From Octopus bimaculoides (taxonomy: Eukaryota), in NCBI RefSeq assembly GCF_001194135.2, contig NC_068991.1, positions 23,054,184 to 23,118,183 on the forward strand: DNA of 64,000 nucleotides, written 5' to 3'. The position numbers and the translations under genes are program-made. The notes under the pieces are model-generated. The model was not told the origin of the DNA and did no database searches. It was given only the letters and a program-made list of their open reading frames with translations. Below are positions 1 to 13,200 of this stretch, in pieces (position 1 is the first letter of the stretch; each line of letters starts with the position of its first letter).

Positions 1-247
1 GGCTTGTGCGGGTGGCACATAAAAGACACCATTTCGAGCGTGGCCGTTTTCGTGCGGGTGACACGTAAAAGCACCCACTACACTCTCTGAGTGGTTGGCG
101 TTAGGAAGGGCATCCAGCTGTAGAAACTCTGCCAAATCAGACTGGAGCCTGGTGTTGCCATCCGGTTTCACCAGTCCTCAGTCAAATCGTCCAACCCATG
201 CTAGCATGGAAAGCGGACGTTAAACGATGATGATGATGATGATGATG
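1..247 (+). mobile_element. SINE 3' portion with (GAT)n tail
   Basis: Same family as 31170-31632, 31651-32090 (-) and 61260-61660. Ends ...aagcggacgttaaacgatgatgatg. Confidence 0.8.
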
Positions 248-249
248 TT

Positions 250-2080
250 ATCTATACACATCACATGACAAAACCAACAGTCTTCTTGCTTGCACACTAT
301 ATGCGATACATCATCTGCCTAACGTTCCTCTCAATACATTTACAATTTTTTATACTTGCACTCAAATATTGCACATCCAATAGGGCATACTAGCTTCATT
401 CCTCTCTAGTCTTTGCAAGTCCTCTACATTCAGGACCTACATCTCACTATCATGTAGCATTTCATACATAAGCATCATGCAATCTACCTTTCACTTAGAG
501 TCAGTAACCTTTTGTTGCCAACAGAGATAATAGCTCTGAACTTCCTCCATCCTGTTCTTATTCTAGCATCTATACTTTCAGAACATTCCTCTGCTATTGC
601 TAATTAGATCACCTAGGCCATCATCATCATAAATTAACATCTGTTTTCCATGCTGGCATGGGTTAGATAGATTGACAGAAATAAGTATCTTACTGTAGAT
701 ATATGGATACCCCAGTTGGAAAAGAAAGGAGAGTAAAGATAGGATAAGGAGAGAGATGATGGTGAAAATGTGCAAAGACGTGCCCTTGAATGACATTGGG
801 GATGTGATACAGAGATTTGAATGGAGTGAGTGAGCAGGATAGAAGTCACTGTAGCAAATGATGGAGAGAAACCTAGGAGAGGGTCAAGGGCAGGAGTTGC
901 AGTAGATATGTGAGGGCATTGAGGTTAATAGCAGATAGGTGAGGTATTAACGATGGAGAACAGCACAGGGGATGAAGGCTGAGAAAGGAGATAATTAATG
1001 GAGACAGCAGGTAGAAGGTAATAGGAAACGGAAGAGGTTTGAGGTGAAAAAGAAAAGTAACTGAGAAAGCCAAAGCATGTACTACATGCCTGTTCTAATT
1101 TTAGGTGATAGAGAAGTAATGGATGTCAGAGAGATGAAATGTGAGGGGGGGGAAGGTTGATGGGGCAGAGAGCATTACCAAGATGGTTTTAGGATATCAA
1201 TTTTGCTTTGAGTACAGCACAATGCATGATATCTTGGTTCTTTGTCACTTCTTTGAAAAGGCTCAGCATCTCAAGATCATCCTTCAATGCTTCATCTCAT
1301 GTCTTCTTGGGTTTGCCTCTTCCACAAGTTCCATCCACTTTCAGTGATCAGCACTTCTTTATGCAACTGTCCTCATCCATACACATCACATGACCAAACT
1401 AGTGCAACCCCCTCTCTTATACACTGCATCTAATTTCCTTCATGCCTAGCTTTTTTTCTCAATACACTAGCACTCTGTTGCACATGTACACTGGCATTCC
1501 ACATGCAGCAGAGCATACTAGCTTCATTCCTCTCTAGTATTCATATTTCAACTGCATTCAGGGCCCATGTCTCACAATCATGTAGCACTGCTGTTCATAC
1601 ACATGCATCATACAACCTTCCCTTCACTTGGAAAGAATGACCTTTGGTTGCCAACAGAGGTAAAAGCTCTCTGAACTTTCTCCATTCTATTCTTATTCTA
1701 GCAATTAAACATTCAGTGCATCCTCCTCTACTGATAATCAGTTTGCCTGGGTAGCAGAAATTATCCACTACCTCTAGAGAGCCACTGAGGCATTTAAGTA
1801 AAACCATTTTCCTGTGTATCAGTAGACTTTATAGCTCTTGTGCACTTTCTACATAGAAACACAACTTTCTCTGTTAACCTTCCTATTATTCCAATGCACC
1901 TCTTGTGTGTGTATTTGGTGCACCAAATGAAATTCCTGCCTACACCTTTCCTACATACTGAGCAGGGCCATCTCCAGGGCATTTCAGAGAATCTATTTCC
2001 CATGTATCCTTAGTGTCTTGCACATCTTCCATTACTTTCTCCATTAGTCTTTCCGTGATTCTGAGCAGACCATTTACCTG
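250..2080 (-). mobile_element. RTE-clade LINE fragments (3' part of ORF, Cys-rich motif after RT)
   Basis: ORF track peptides WPCSVCRKGVGRNFIWC..HKRC and LEVVDNFCY..IARIRIEWRKFRELLPLLATKG..KGRLYDACV. Broken by stops and insertions. Confidence 0.8.
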
Positions 2081-2599
2081 AAGGGCAGAGTCCTGTCTCT
2101 GTTATTATTATTATTACTATCATTTTAAGGGTAAGTGATTGGCAGAGAACCAAAAACAAAACATCTGGGAAACATTTAGTTACATCTCTCTATTTTAAGA
2201 GTTCAAGTGTCATTAAGTTAATTTTGTCTTTAATCACTTTGTAATTGATAAAATAAGTACTAGTAAAATACTGGGGTCAATCATCTGATTATACTCTCCC
2301 CAAAGTATATGGCCTTATTCCAAAGTTAAAATAAATATTAAGTTTACAATCTCATTTGAAGTCATCCTCCTGGAGTAGATAAAATAAGTACCAATCAAGA
2401 ATCCATATCCATATAATCAATTAACCCCTCTGAAATGTGTGGTTTTGTACCTGTGTTAGAACAGTGTAGATGACTTAGACAGTAGAATAATATGCAAAAT
2501 GCATTGCACTATTTAGTTTTGTCCTTCATAGTTCCAATTTTATACGTTATTGTTCTTGACATGGCCTTTAATTCTTCTAAAGGAATAAATTATGTACCA

Positions 2600-3560
2600 A
2601 TAATAACTGAAAGAATCAAACTAAAGAAAAACCATCTCAGGAAACACTAGAGTCAATGAAGAGAGAAATGACAAATAAAAGGCAGTGCCCAGAAGGTGGA
2701 AACATGCAGTAACTTGTAAAACCATTAGGGAAAGATGGAATACAAAATTTTTAATCTGCACAAAATTGAGCAAGCAATTTAGAGAAATAAGATCTTCAAA
2801 AAAGATAAAGGAACTCTTGCTTTATGAAAATCACAAACTATTACTTTGAAGTTAAGTAATGATCAAGTTATAAATGAAGAAATCATTCATAGATTAGAAG
2901 ATTCCAATCAATATATTCACTCAAGAAAGAAACATTTAAAGGTCCATAAATACTGATGATGTAATTGTAGTATCAGATATATTAAGTGACAAAATTAGGA
3001 AAGATATGACACTAGATGAAGATAAAATGCTTATTGGGTTCTTCAAAGAAGAAAGTCTCTTGAGTTTGTACATAGCCAGCAGCTGAAATAATCCTTTCTA
3101 CCATAGGCACAAGGCCTGAAATTTGAGGAGAGGGGACTAGTCGATTACATCGACCCCAGTGACTCACTGGTACTTAATTTATCAACCCTGAAAGGATGAA
3201 AGGCAAAGTTGACCTCGGCGGCATTTGAACTCAGAATGTAGTGGCAGATGAACTACTGCTAAGCATTTCACTCAGCGTACTAACAATTCTGCCAGCTCAC
3301 CACCTTCAGCTGCTGAAATAATGCCATCATCATACTTCTATCTAAGGTGACATTACAGATCTTGAAAATGACAAATCAATCAGCCTACTACCTGACTTGT
3401 ATAAACTACTTGGCAAAGTGTTCACAAATTACTTGACTAATGCCTTAGACTTCAATCAACCAAGCTGAGTTCAGAAACATATTTTCAACAACTGATCACC
3501 AACAAATCATGAAGCAAGATATTCAGGAAACATTAAGCTTACAAGTAGATTTATTAAGAC
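2600..3560 (+). mobile_element. Degenerate LINE RT fragment interrupted by a SINE (about 3080-3320, - strand)
   Basis: 3370-3520 reads ISLLPDLYKLLGKVFTNYLTNALDFNQP..FRNIFSTTDH, which resembles RT domain 2. Confidence 0.6.
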
Positions 3561-3668
3561 AATATACATTAGGTTAAGAGAACTTTATTTCCATGAGATT
3601 TAGCAGCGAAAGAAACAAATTGAATTTTATTGAAAGAGACGTAAGATAAGCAGATATATCACCCACAT

Positions 3669-3713
<45 letters not shown>

Positions 3714-4191
3714 CATCATCATCTAGCATCCGTTTTCCATGCTGGCAAGCCAGAGACCTGCACCAGGCTCCAACTGTCTGTTTTCGCATGATTTCTACGG
3801 CTGGATGCCCTTAGTAACACAAACCATTTTACAGAGTATACTGGATGCTTTTTACGTGGCACCAGCACCAGTGGGGTCACTAACAACCTTGCAAGACAAA
3901 GACCTCTTCGTTGAGAGAGAGAGTGGAACCAAGGGGAGTGGCTGTGTGCCAAGCAAGAGGTTAGAGTATAATAGAGGGACAGAGATAATTGTCTTACCAT
4001 AAAAGAGATACATGGCTAACCAAGTAGGACAAGGAAGAAGGGTGGGGAGATAGTAAGAGAGAAAGACAGAGAGCGAGTCAAAGTGAGAGAGAGAAACAGA
4101 TGATGCTGGAGATGTATTGGGACCAGAGAGAGAGAGAGAGAGTGTGTATGTGTGTGTGAGGTGGGGGAGAACATGGACGTAAAGTACATGC

Positions 4192-4247
4192 CTGAAGCGA
4201 GTCGACCTCTATGCCAAAAGTGGGAAATCCCTCGCTAGCATTCCAAT
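4192..4247 (-). CDS. Candidate second exon of the same gene ((N)WNASEGFPTFGIEVDSLQ)
   Basis: TTTCAG acceptor, phase-compatible with the 5283 donor, protein-like translation, ends at CAG|GCATGT (GC-type donor). Unverified. Confidence 0.3.
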
Positions 4248-5282
4248 CTGAAATTACCCGCTGACGAAGTTCTCAACAAAACTATTATAAAAAAAACCAA
4301 TTTAAGCCGTAAGATCAAATTAGTAATTTTTATATAAGTTATGTAAGTTTTTATATAAATTTGTAAAAGTCCATTATTTTTCTCAATACAAATACATCCT
4401 GCAAAAGTACTGATGCACTAGCAATTCGCTTCTGGTATTAAAATGATTCCCCATCCCTCATCTATATGATTGGTCGACCGGCAAAAAAAAAATAGTAACC
4501 AAATCTTTCTCAGATCAGTTAACCATTTTCAACAACATATATTATCTTCATCCTGCGGTATTTTCTTCGGTTGGTAAGAAATGACTAAGCATTCGTCACA
4601 GATGAATTTGATCAAACACTCAGTCAGATATGACAAGTTTTATCACAAACTAATAAAGAGTTATAAAAAATATTTATGGTATCATTTTGGTATTCTAATT
4701 AACGAAATACAATTATAAACAAGGGAGAAAACTGTTTTTGTTTCTTAATACAAATAACAATAATGATTTATTACATTAGCATAAGGCCACAAGTTTGTAG
4801 AAAAATAGTAGTCCATTGATCGACCACTGTACATATCTGGTGCTTCTGTATCAATCCTTAGAGAAATGAAAAGTCAAGTTGACCCCCACCCCGTGGGATT
4901 GGGCCCTACATCGTACAGGAATTAGCCTTAATACTGTATGACGTTTCATTCCGTTCTCTTCTATTTGTTCAGCTCTAGCCTCTAATAATTATCGTTTTAA
5001 AGTTCGCAGAATAAACAAAAAATATCCTATTGAAAGCTGACAAACGAGGAAATGTTAGGTTGAGTGTATTGTATGTGTGTGTGTGTATATATACACACAC
5101 ACACAAGTGTGTACTTAAACTGTTTACCAAGAAACTGCTATAAATGTCAACGTATGTAAAAATGGTTTTACTCTTAAAGCGAAGTCGTGATTTCGAGGAG
5201 TTGAACTGAATAAAAGTGTGTATTAAATAAGGAAACAGGGGCAAGAAAGAAAAACCAAAACAAAAATATTTGTATTACTCAC

Positions 5283-5337
5283 TTATATTCTTTCTTTCAG
5301 AAGCGATTTCATGACAATCGAGGAATTCTGATGTCAT
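5283..5337 (-). CDS. Candidate first coding exon of an unidentified minus-strand gene (MTSEFLDCHEIASERKNI)
   Basis: ATG with an upstream in-frame stop, ending at a strong donor A|GTGAGTA, inside a CpG-retaining stretch (about 4140-5700). No homolog recognised. The same bases also read as a + strand branch point and acceptor. Confidence 0.35.
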
Positions 5338-6609
5338 ATCCGGTTAATAACCGGTGTAGTAGGATTTATTGTATCTAAATACTTAAAAGACCCACATGTC
5401 TACCCGACCTATGCCGTCGGTAATTTGTTTGTTCTTTAACGTTGGTCTAAAAACACAGGTGGATTTCGGAAACATTCTGAGTTCACAACTTGCCGGGACC
5501 GGTCGATTTTATTTTTCGCCCATCTTTGATCGATAGTACAAAAAATACCAATAATATACAAAGTGAATTCGATCGACAGTGCACCACTCCCAAATATGAA
5601 ATCTTGTGCAAAATTGATTCTCGTGGAGGTAATCCTCTCAATAACACAGGACTGGATTTCGACGATACTTTCTCGCTTGTTACGTCTTGCTTCTGAACCC
5701 AATTTAACTCAACAATTAACCCTCTTGTTAAGCAGAGATCTATAAATTAAGTTTTTAATACCTCCTTTAGGTAATCTTGCTCGAAACACTTGTAATGAAC
5801 TTTAGGTGCAAAACAAAAGTGACGTAATGTATTAAACAACTGATCTAAGAGAAATAAATTAACACATTACAAAAAAAAAAAAATATCTTAACAGCAGATC
5901 TTGGTCCAAAATATTGACGTTTATTCATGTTATCATTTGATTGTTTCTTATAGCTCTCAATGAGAAATCATAGATATTACAGAATTTGTTGATTGTAATA
6001 AAACAGTAACAATACGATTTAAATTTGAAAACAAAATAAAAATAGTAATGACTAAAAGCTATTTCAATGTAGTAGAATTATAGCTCTTGAGTTAGTAACT
6101 TTGGATGGATTTTTAGCATCATGTGAACAAGACGTAACATGTAAATTTATTAACCTTTAGCCCAATTTTGCTTGTTTTCATTTTGCACTGAAGGTCAAGG
6201 ATATTTTATTTAATAATTGCCAATTTGATGGCTGCAGGAAAAATAGGTAGGGAGAGAATTCCAGAAGTTTGATGATCTGAGAAGGAAGATCTGAGCATAA
6301 GGGTTAATGCAAAACTGGGTGCCTGGATGAGAAAAAAATATGAATGATGAGAGAAGAAAAAAATCAGGAAATTGGGAGTGCTTGAGAGGAATTTTTTCAG
6401 TATATGAAAAAAATTCCATGAGCAGGCTGTTCTGTTGATTGGATCAACTGAAACATTCATCTTAAACAAGAGAGTGCCTGTATAAATAAATATACATGTA
6501 TACACACACATATATAGTTCAGCAAAAATTTAGATTCAGATGAATATGCTACTTAAGTTAAGGCACCAGAATTTAGTACGGTATTATCCATACAATTTCA
6601 AGATAGGGT

Positions 6610-7018
6610 GATTAAAATCAAAATAAGCAACAAGGATATCCAGAAGTAATGCAGTACAATCGTTTCATGCAACTCTATTTAATTGAACAATGCAACCATT
6701 AAATGCAGAGCAAAGATATAGAATTTAATTAAATTGAAACAGATGGACACATGAGTATAATTTTACTTAAAATCTCCAAGAAGTTAAGGAGATAGACAAA
6801 GAACATGCTGCCTTCTCCTTAACTTCTTGGAGATTTTAAGTAAAATTATACTAATGTGTCCATCTGTTTTAATTTAATTAAATTCTATGTCTTTGTGCAG
6901 CTGAGGATTGCTCTGCATTTAAATTGATGTAATGGTTGCATTGCTCAATTAAATGGAGTTGCGTGAAACGATCGCACTGCATTACCTCTGGATATCCTTG
7001 TTGCTTATTTTGATTATC
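6610..7018. repeat. Foldback (long inverted repeat) element, arms about 180-200 bp, 21-nt loop
   Basis: 6610-6792 is a near reverse complement of 6814-7018. Confidence 0.9.
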
Positions 7019-7091
7019 TATCTATCTATCTCTATATATATATATATGGATCAAAACAGTTTGATTCAAATTCCTTAGTATTTTAAGTTTC

Positions 7092-7960
7092 NNNNNNNNN
7101 NNNNNNNNNNNNNNNNNNNNNNNNNNNNNNNNNNNNNNNNNNNNNNNNNNNNNNNNNNNNNNNNNNNNNNNNNNNNNNNNNNNNNNNNNNNNNNNNNNNN
7201 NNNNNNNNNNNNNNNNNNNNNNNNNNNNNNNNNNNNNNNNNNNNNNNNNNNNNNNNNNNNNNNNNNNNNNNNNNNNNNNNNNNNNNNNNNNNNNNNNNNN
7301 NNNNNNNNNNNNNNNNNNNNNNNNNNNNNNNNNNNNNNNNNNNNNNNNNNNNNNNNNNNNNNNNNNNNNNNNNNNNNNNNNNNNNNNNNNNNNNNNNNNN
7401 NNNNNNNNNNNNNNNNNNNNNNNNNNNNNNNNNNNNNNNNNNNNNNNNNNNNNNNNNNNNNNNNNNNNNNNNNNNNNNNNNNNNNNNNNNNNNNNNNNNN
7501 NNNNNNNNNNNNNNNNNNNNNNNNNNNNNNNNNNNNNNNNNNNNNNNNNNNNNNNNNNNNNNNNNNNNNNNNNNNNNNNNNNNNNNNNNNNNNNNNNNNN
7601 NNNNNNNNNNNNNNNNNNNNNNNNNNNNNNNNNNNNNNNNNNNNNNNNNNNNNNNNNNNNNNNNNNNNNNNNNNNNNNNNNNNNNNNNNNNNNNNNNNNN
7701 NNNNNNNNNNNNNNNNNNNNNNNNNNNNNNNNNNNNNNNNNNNNNNNNNNNNNNNNNNNNNNNNNNNNNNNNNNNNNNNNNNNNNNNNNNNNNNNNNNNN
7801 NNNNNNNNNNNNNNNNNNNNNNNNNNNNNNNNNNNNNNNNNNNNNNNNNNNNNNNNNNNNNNNNNNNNNNNNNNNNNNNNNNNNNNNNNNNNNNNNNNNN
7901 NNNNNNNNNNNNNNNNNNNNNNNNNNNNNNNNNNNNNNNNNNNNNNNNNNNNNNNNNNNN
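7092..7960. other. Assembly gap (N run) flanked by (AT)n
   Basis: Ns in the sequence. Other gaps: 39152-39161, 41989-42052, 45016-45287, 50206-50215. Confidence 1.
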
Positions 7961-8011
<51 letters not shown>

Positions 8012-9710
8012 TGCACATACATATACACATAGACACACAGGGTGTACTTGCATATCCACTCACATGCAGGCACGTGCATATATATTCATGTGGGTACATA
8101 CAAGGGGTGAGGGTATGAAGGCGAACAGGCATGAACAAGTGTGGGGGATTGGTGATTGGCAGTCCTGCTCAGGGTGATAGTGACCTTGGTGCAGGTGATG
8201 CAGGGGAGCAGCTGTTACTAAGGTGATATATCTGGGTTGCTGACGGCCAATGGCTTGAAATTTACAAGAGGGGCATATCTCTGGTGACAGCAATGGAGGG
8301 GCGATTAACCAGATAATTTTCCTCTTCCTAATCCTCTTGTGGTGAGGAGAGGGGGTTTAGGGATCGTCCACATACATTGAGCTTCTCAGTAACCCAGCCA
8401 AAGCACCATTGTAGGTGGTGGTGGTGGGGGCTATTAAAGATCTTTGTGTTGGCCAAGAGTTTATATACATATGCACACATATAAATGTATGTGTATGCAT
8501 GTATATCTACATACACAAAAATGTTTTCATTCAATACAAGTGGGTGTATGCTGACAACAGGAAGGGCATCTGATTGTAGAAAGTCTGCCTGAACAAATTC
8601 CATCTGACCCCTGCAAGCATTAAAATGACAATGACAACGACCATGATGATGATTCAAAGAACAAGAAAAGTAATTAATGAAAAGATGATATAATTAAAGT
8701 CTAAATAGAACAAATTAGTAGCAGGTGAAACAACAAAGATATTACATAATCATGTGACTGACCAGACTATCTAATGTTGTTACACATTGCTGGTCACAAT
8801 GCACTTTGCATCATTTTAGCCTTTGAATGATGCCACCCTACTGGCTAAGTGAGCAGGCCAACATTCTCTCCTGATTGAAAGGGGGACTGGAGCAATGTGA
8901 AATGAGCTTTTCTAAAGAACACAACGCACCACCTGATCTGGGAATTGAACCCATTGATCTAGTGACCATAATTGCAACAGCTTAAGATATAAGGATTATA
9001 TTCTTGCCCTGATATATAAGCTTATTCAAATTTAGGAACGTACTCAAATGATTTTTGTCACAACAGACTACCGAGGGAGCCTCCTTATGATCAACAGATC
9101 TGCTCAAAATAGTAATGACATTTCCCTCAGATCATACTCTACCATCTTAAAAAGGACACATCACATAATGTGGTCATATGTTCCTGACTTATGGGAAAAA
9201 AATAGGATGATGATGTCAAGTCTGTTTGATCAGAGCTGACTGGGGCTAAACAATGGGTTTGTCTTTCTATCTCTGCCTCTCTCTCTCTCTCTCTCTCTCT
9301 TAATTTTATTAAAATAACTACTTGCCTTGTACTGCAGTCGATTTAATTAACTAGTCCTTTTCTACAAAATATGCAATAAATATATAATTTTGTGCCTTAC
9401 ACTAACTATTATTCTATTATACTAAACTGTCACAAATGCAAATTAAAATCTCTCACCGTAATTTCATGTCAAAAAAAAAAAATCTTTTGCTAAAGTATTT
9501 TTCAACTGTCAACCCAATAATGACAAAATTATTTATCTTACTAAATATTTTCATATCCTAGATGATTTTCAAAAGTAACTGAAACACAAAAATATTAGAA
9601 AAACAAGTCCAGTTATTAGAAATTCAAAGAGCAGACGCCTGAATTGGAACTCTTCAGTAAAAAAGCAAATATCTGTTCAATTAATAAAGCGTCCCTAGTC
9701 GCACTGTACG

Positions 9711-9766
9711 GTCATCTAGCAACAAGCTGCAACTTGTACACTGGAGAATATTCAAGAAATAAACAA
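9711..9766 (+). promoter_or_regulatory. Putative RFX X-box and forkhead site upstream of WDR92
   Basis: GTCATCTAGCAAC (9711-9723) has a perfect X-box right half. TAAACAA at 9760-9766. Both are within 90 nt of the ATG. Confidence 0.45.
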
Positions 9767-9799
9767 CGCTAAGTTTGCTATAACTTTCTCCCACTGGCA

Positions 9800-10138
9800 A
9801 TGGATAAACCTCAGATAATTTGCCACATACAGAAATCTCTCAATTATACGATATTTGATTGCAAATGGATTCCTTGTTCGGCAAAATTTGTTGTTCTTGG
9901 CAACCGTGCACGCGGTACGGGAATGCTTCAAACCTACGAAATATCTCATGGTGAAGTCAATCTTGTTCACGAGGTAACTTGTGTTTGTTTGTATAGTATG
10001 TGTGTGTGTGTGTGTGTGAAAATTTGTGTATGTACACATACAAGCAACAGAGAATCCGTGAAATGTATGCACTTACCGACGAACACAAGCGGTCACACTT
10101 TTATATAAACAGTCTACAATATGTATGTTTACCAGCCC

Positions 10139-10200
<62 letters not shown>

Positions 10201-13200
10201 GGCGTAAAATTTCAAAGCTGATGGTTTAGGTTTCACCTTTCAAATTTTAGCAGTTTCAGATCTTGCTAACACAAAACATACTGAGGTTTTGGCCATGGCT
10301 CTCGCGTCACTTTCGACTATGTGTGTTCCAGGACTGTTTTGTGAAGGCGCATGGCTTACTGGTTAGGGTATTCGGCTCACGATTGTAAAGTTGTGAGTTC
10401 GATTCCCAGTGGCGTATTGTGTTCTTGAGCAAGACACCTTATTTCACGTTGTTTCAGTTTAGTCACCGGGCAAAAATGAGTAGTACCTGTATTTCAAAGG
10501 GACAAACATGTCACGTCGTGTCACGCTGAATTTCCCTGACCACTACGTTAAGGGTACGCATGTTTTCGGAGTACTGAATCACTTGAACGTTAATTTCACT
10601 GGCAGTCTCTTCCATTGATTGGATCAACCGGAACACTTATCGTCATAAACGACGGAGTGCCATTTCCAGAACTATCTACTTACTATGTTATAATGCGACT
10701 GAGAATTCCACTGATACTTGTGCCTTTAACATAATCACCAAGCAGAATGAGCGTGACACTGTGTGACACGTCAGCCCCTTTAATTCACAAGGCTCTTTTA
10801 GACTTGAGGCCATAGTAGAAGACTTAGGTGGGATAGAATTCTGGAATTCATAAGTGTGGTTCGAACTTCTTAAATCATTCGACTATGCCTGCGCCCTTTC
10901 TCAGACATGCAAACATTATTAATACATATGCAGGCATCGGTACACTGACGTAGATCTTTATACTGACAAACACACGTATACCCCATTCTGTGGAATACTG
11001 AGGTCCCAAACTCAGGAGGTAATGAAAGCAATCTAAATTGAAACTGATAATATTTTCGAATTTAGGCACAAGGCCAGCAGTTTGAGTGACAGCTTATTTT
11101 ATCGACTTCGGAAAGATGAAAGCGAAGATGAGGACTGCGTTGTGTATGTGCAGAAAATTGGGAGCTGTTAACTTAAATAACCAACGCTTTAAGGATTCCG
11201 CCTCTTCTACGCCTTATATGAGGCTGATAATTAAATTAGTATTTTATGTCACTTGCCAAACAAGTACGAGTTAATGAATTGTTTTAATATTTTTTGAAAT
11301 TACGAATATTGTTAGTGATACTCGGAATTTCATGGACCCATTAATTGGTGTTCACACTAATTCGACTGAAAATGCTTTTAAATTAAGTGGCGTACAAATA
11401 ACAACTTGGATGAATTCATAGTGCAATCATTATCTAATTGGTATCCCTTAAACTAAATATATAAAGAAAACTTTCAACTAAATAAAAATTCATTTCTGTT
11501 TATAAATAATTTTTTGTCAATCTTTTCGTAGCAGACTTTTATTTTCTTCATTTTTAATCGTTCAATACTTCTTATTATTTCCCCCTGATGATGCATCTGT
11601 GTTCATTATGAAGCAAAGAGTAGGCTGAATCAGAAGTAGACTGATGCCTCTTCTAGAAAAAGAATTATTTAATGTCTTTCGGAGCATTAAAGAAAAAAAA
11701 TTTTTCCAGTTCACTGTATTAAACTGCCACACTACATTCTTCAGTGTCACACTAAACTGAATGGTTCTAAAATAATACAATAGCATAATGTTTCACTCCT
11801 ATTTCTTCTAAAAAAAATTTCAACAATGGAGATAAGGTATTATTAAGAGGAAATTATTTGCTCTAGTCTCAGTTTCAAACTTGAGCTGGACACTAGTGCC
11901 ATCTGAAGGTACAGGTACACTGGGCAGTTGCCCTGAAGTCCCATGGATCTTGGGAGCTCATTGTTAACCTAGGTGTGCTGTGGTTATGTATGTTGGGGCC
12001 CCAGTGCATTATCCAAGGACCTGTGATGTTAACACAGCTCTGCTTGACACTGTTCTGTTTAAACTTCTTGGAGCTTTTAAAGATATACCTTGTGTAAATC
12101 AGTAGCAGTAGATTGTCAAAAAATTATTTGAACTTCAGATAAAATGCCCTCAGCTATTGGAATCAAGGTGCACTGACTGAGCCCATCTGTCACCAAGGCC
12201 AACCATAGCTGATTTCTTTCATAGAGAACAAGAGAGAAGACATGGGCATAGTACTGAGCTGGTACTTTATTTGACAACCCTGAAAGTATGAAGGCTAAGT
12301 TAAACTCAAGAGCATAGAGAGCCACAACAAATACTACAAGGTATTCTATCCAATGATATAATGACCTTCACTTCTAATGATTACTTTAGTGTATAATCAT
12401 GGTGTATAGTTACAGTACTTTATCCTTTGAATTCAAATCCTGATGTGGTTAAATTTGTCATTCGTCTTTCCTATGTTGCTTAAATAAAGTACCAGTCAAG
12501 TATTTGATTTATATTCTATATAATGATATAATGACTGCTTTAGTGTAGTTATGGCCCTTTACCTTTTGAATTCAAATTCAGATGAGCTCAACTATTCCTT
12601 CATGTCAAGTTCGGAATTGATTTATATTTCTATAATGCATGCCAGTTGTGAATGGAATTATAATAGACTAAAACTCTTGAGTGTTTGGTCAATGAACAAA
12701 CCTGAATGAATTTTTGTTTCTTTCTTTAATCATTTTGTCAAAGCTTTTGTGGCTGAAGGAAGTAATGGAAATAGAAGTCATGATTCAGCAGGGTGCAGCA
12801 CATCACTGTATTAAGTTTTTAGACTTGAGACCTGCTTTAAATGCTTACCACAGAATGAACTTTATTAAGATACCCAAAGGCCAAGCAGTGTGCAGCAGAT
12901 TAAGTTTATCACTCAAAATGTGATCATATTCAACTTTAAAATCTTCTTTCAAAATTACCGGAAATATTCAGCTTGTCACTAAACTTTTTTTTAATTATTA
13001 ATCATACATCTTAAATTTTATGTTTGATTTGCATGATAGAGTGTGTCTTTATTGTATCGTCATAGTCTTCCCACCTACCATTAAAATATCATTTTCTGTT
13101 TTTAGACTGAAAAACCAAAGTCATTTCGGTGTTGTACATTTGCTGCTTCTGACATACAAGAAAGACATCTGGCGACAGGTAACTTTCATGGCAAAATGGA

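Noticed and set aside
5436-5745. Three overlapping 60-88 aa ORFs in the CpG-rich region
   Set aside because: They begin at non-ATG starts with nearby upstream stops and show no homology. Better explained as promoter or 5' UTR.
7022-8138. Long ORFs of 334-351 aa, and those at 44848-45471
   Set aside because: Artefacts of N gaps and (AT)n repeats.
11586-11644. TGATGA...CTGA resembling a C/D-box snoRNA in WDR92 intron 1
   Set aside because: No terminal stem, no recognisable rRNA guide, and such motifs are frequent by chance.
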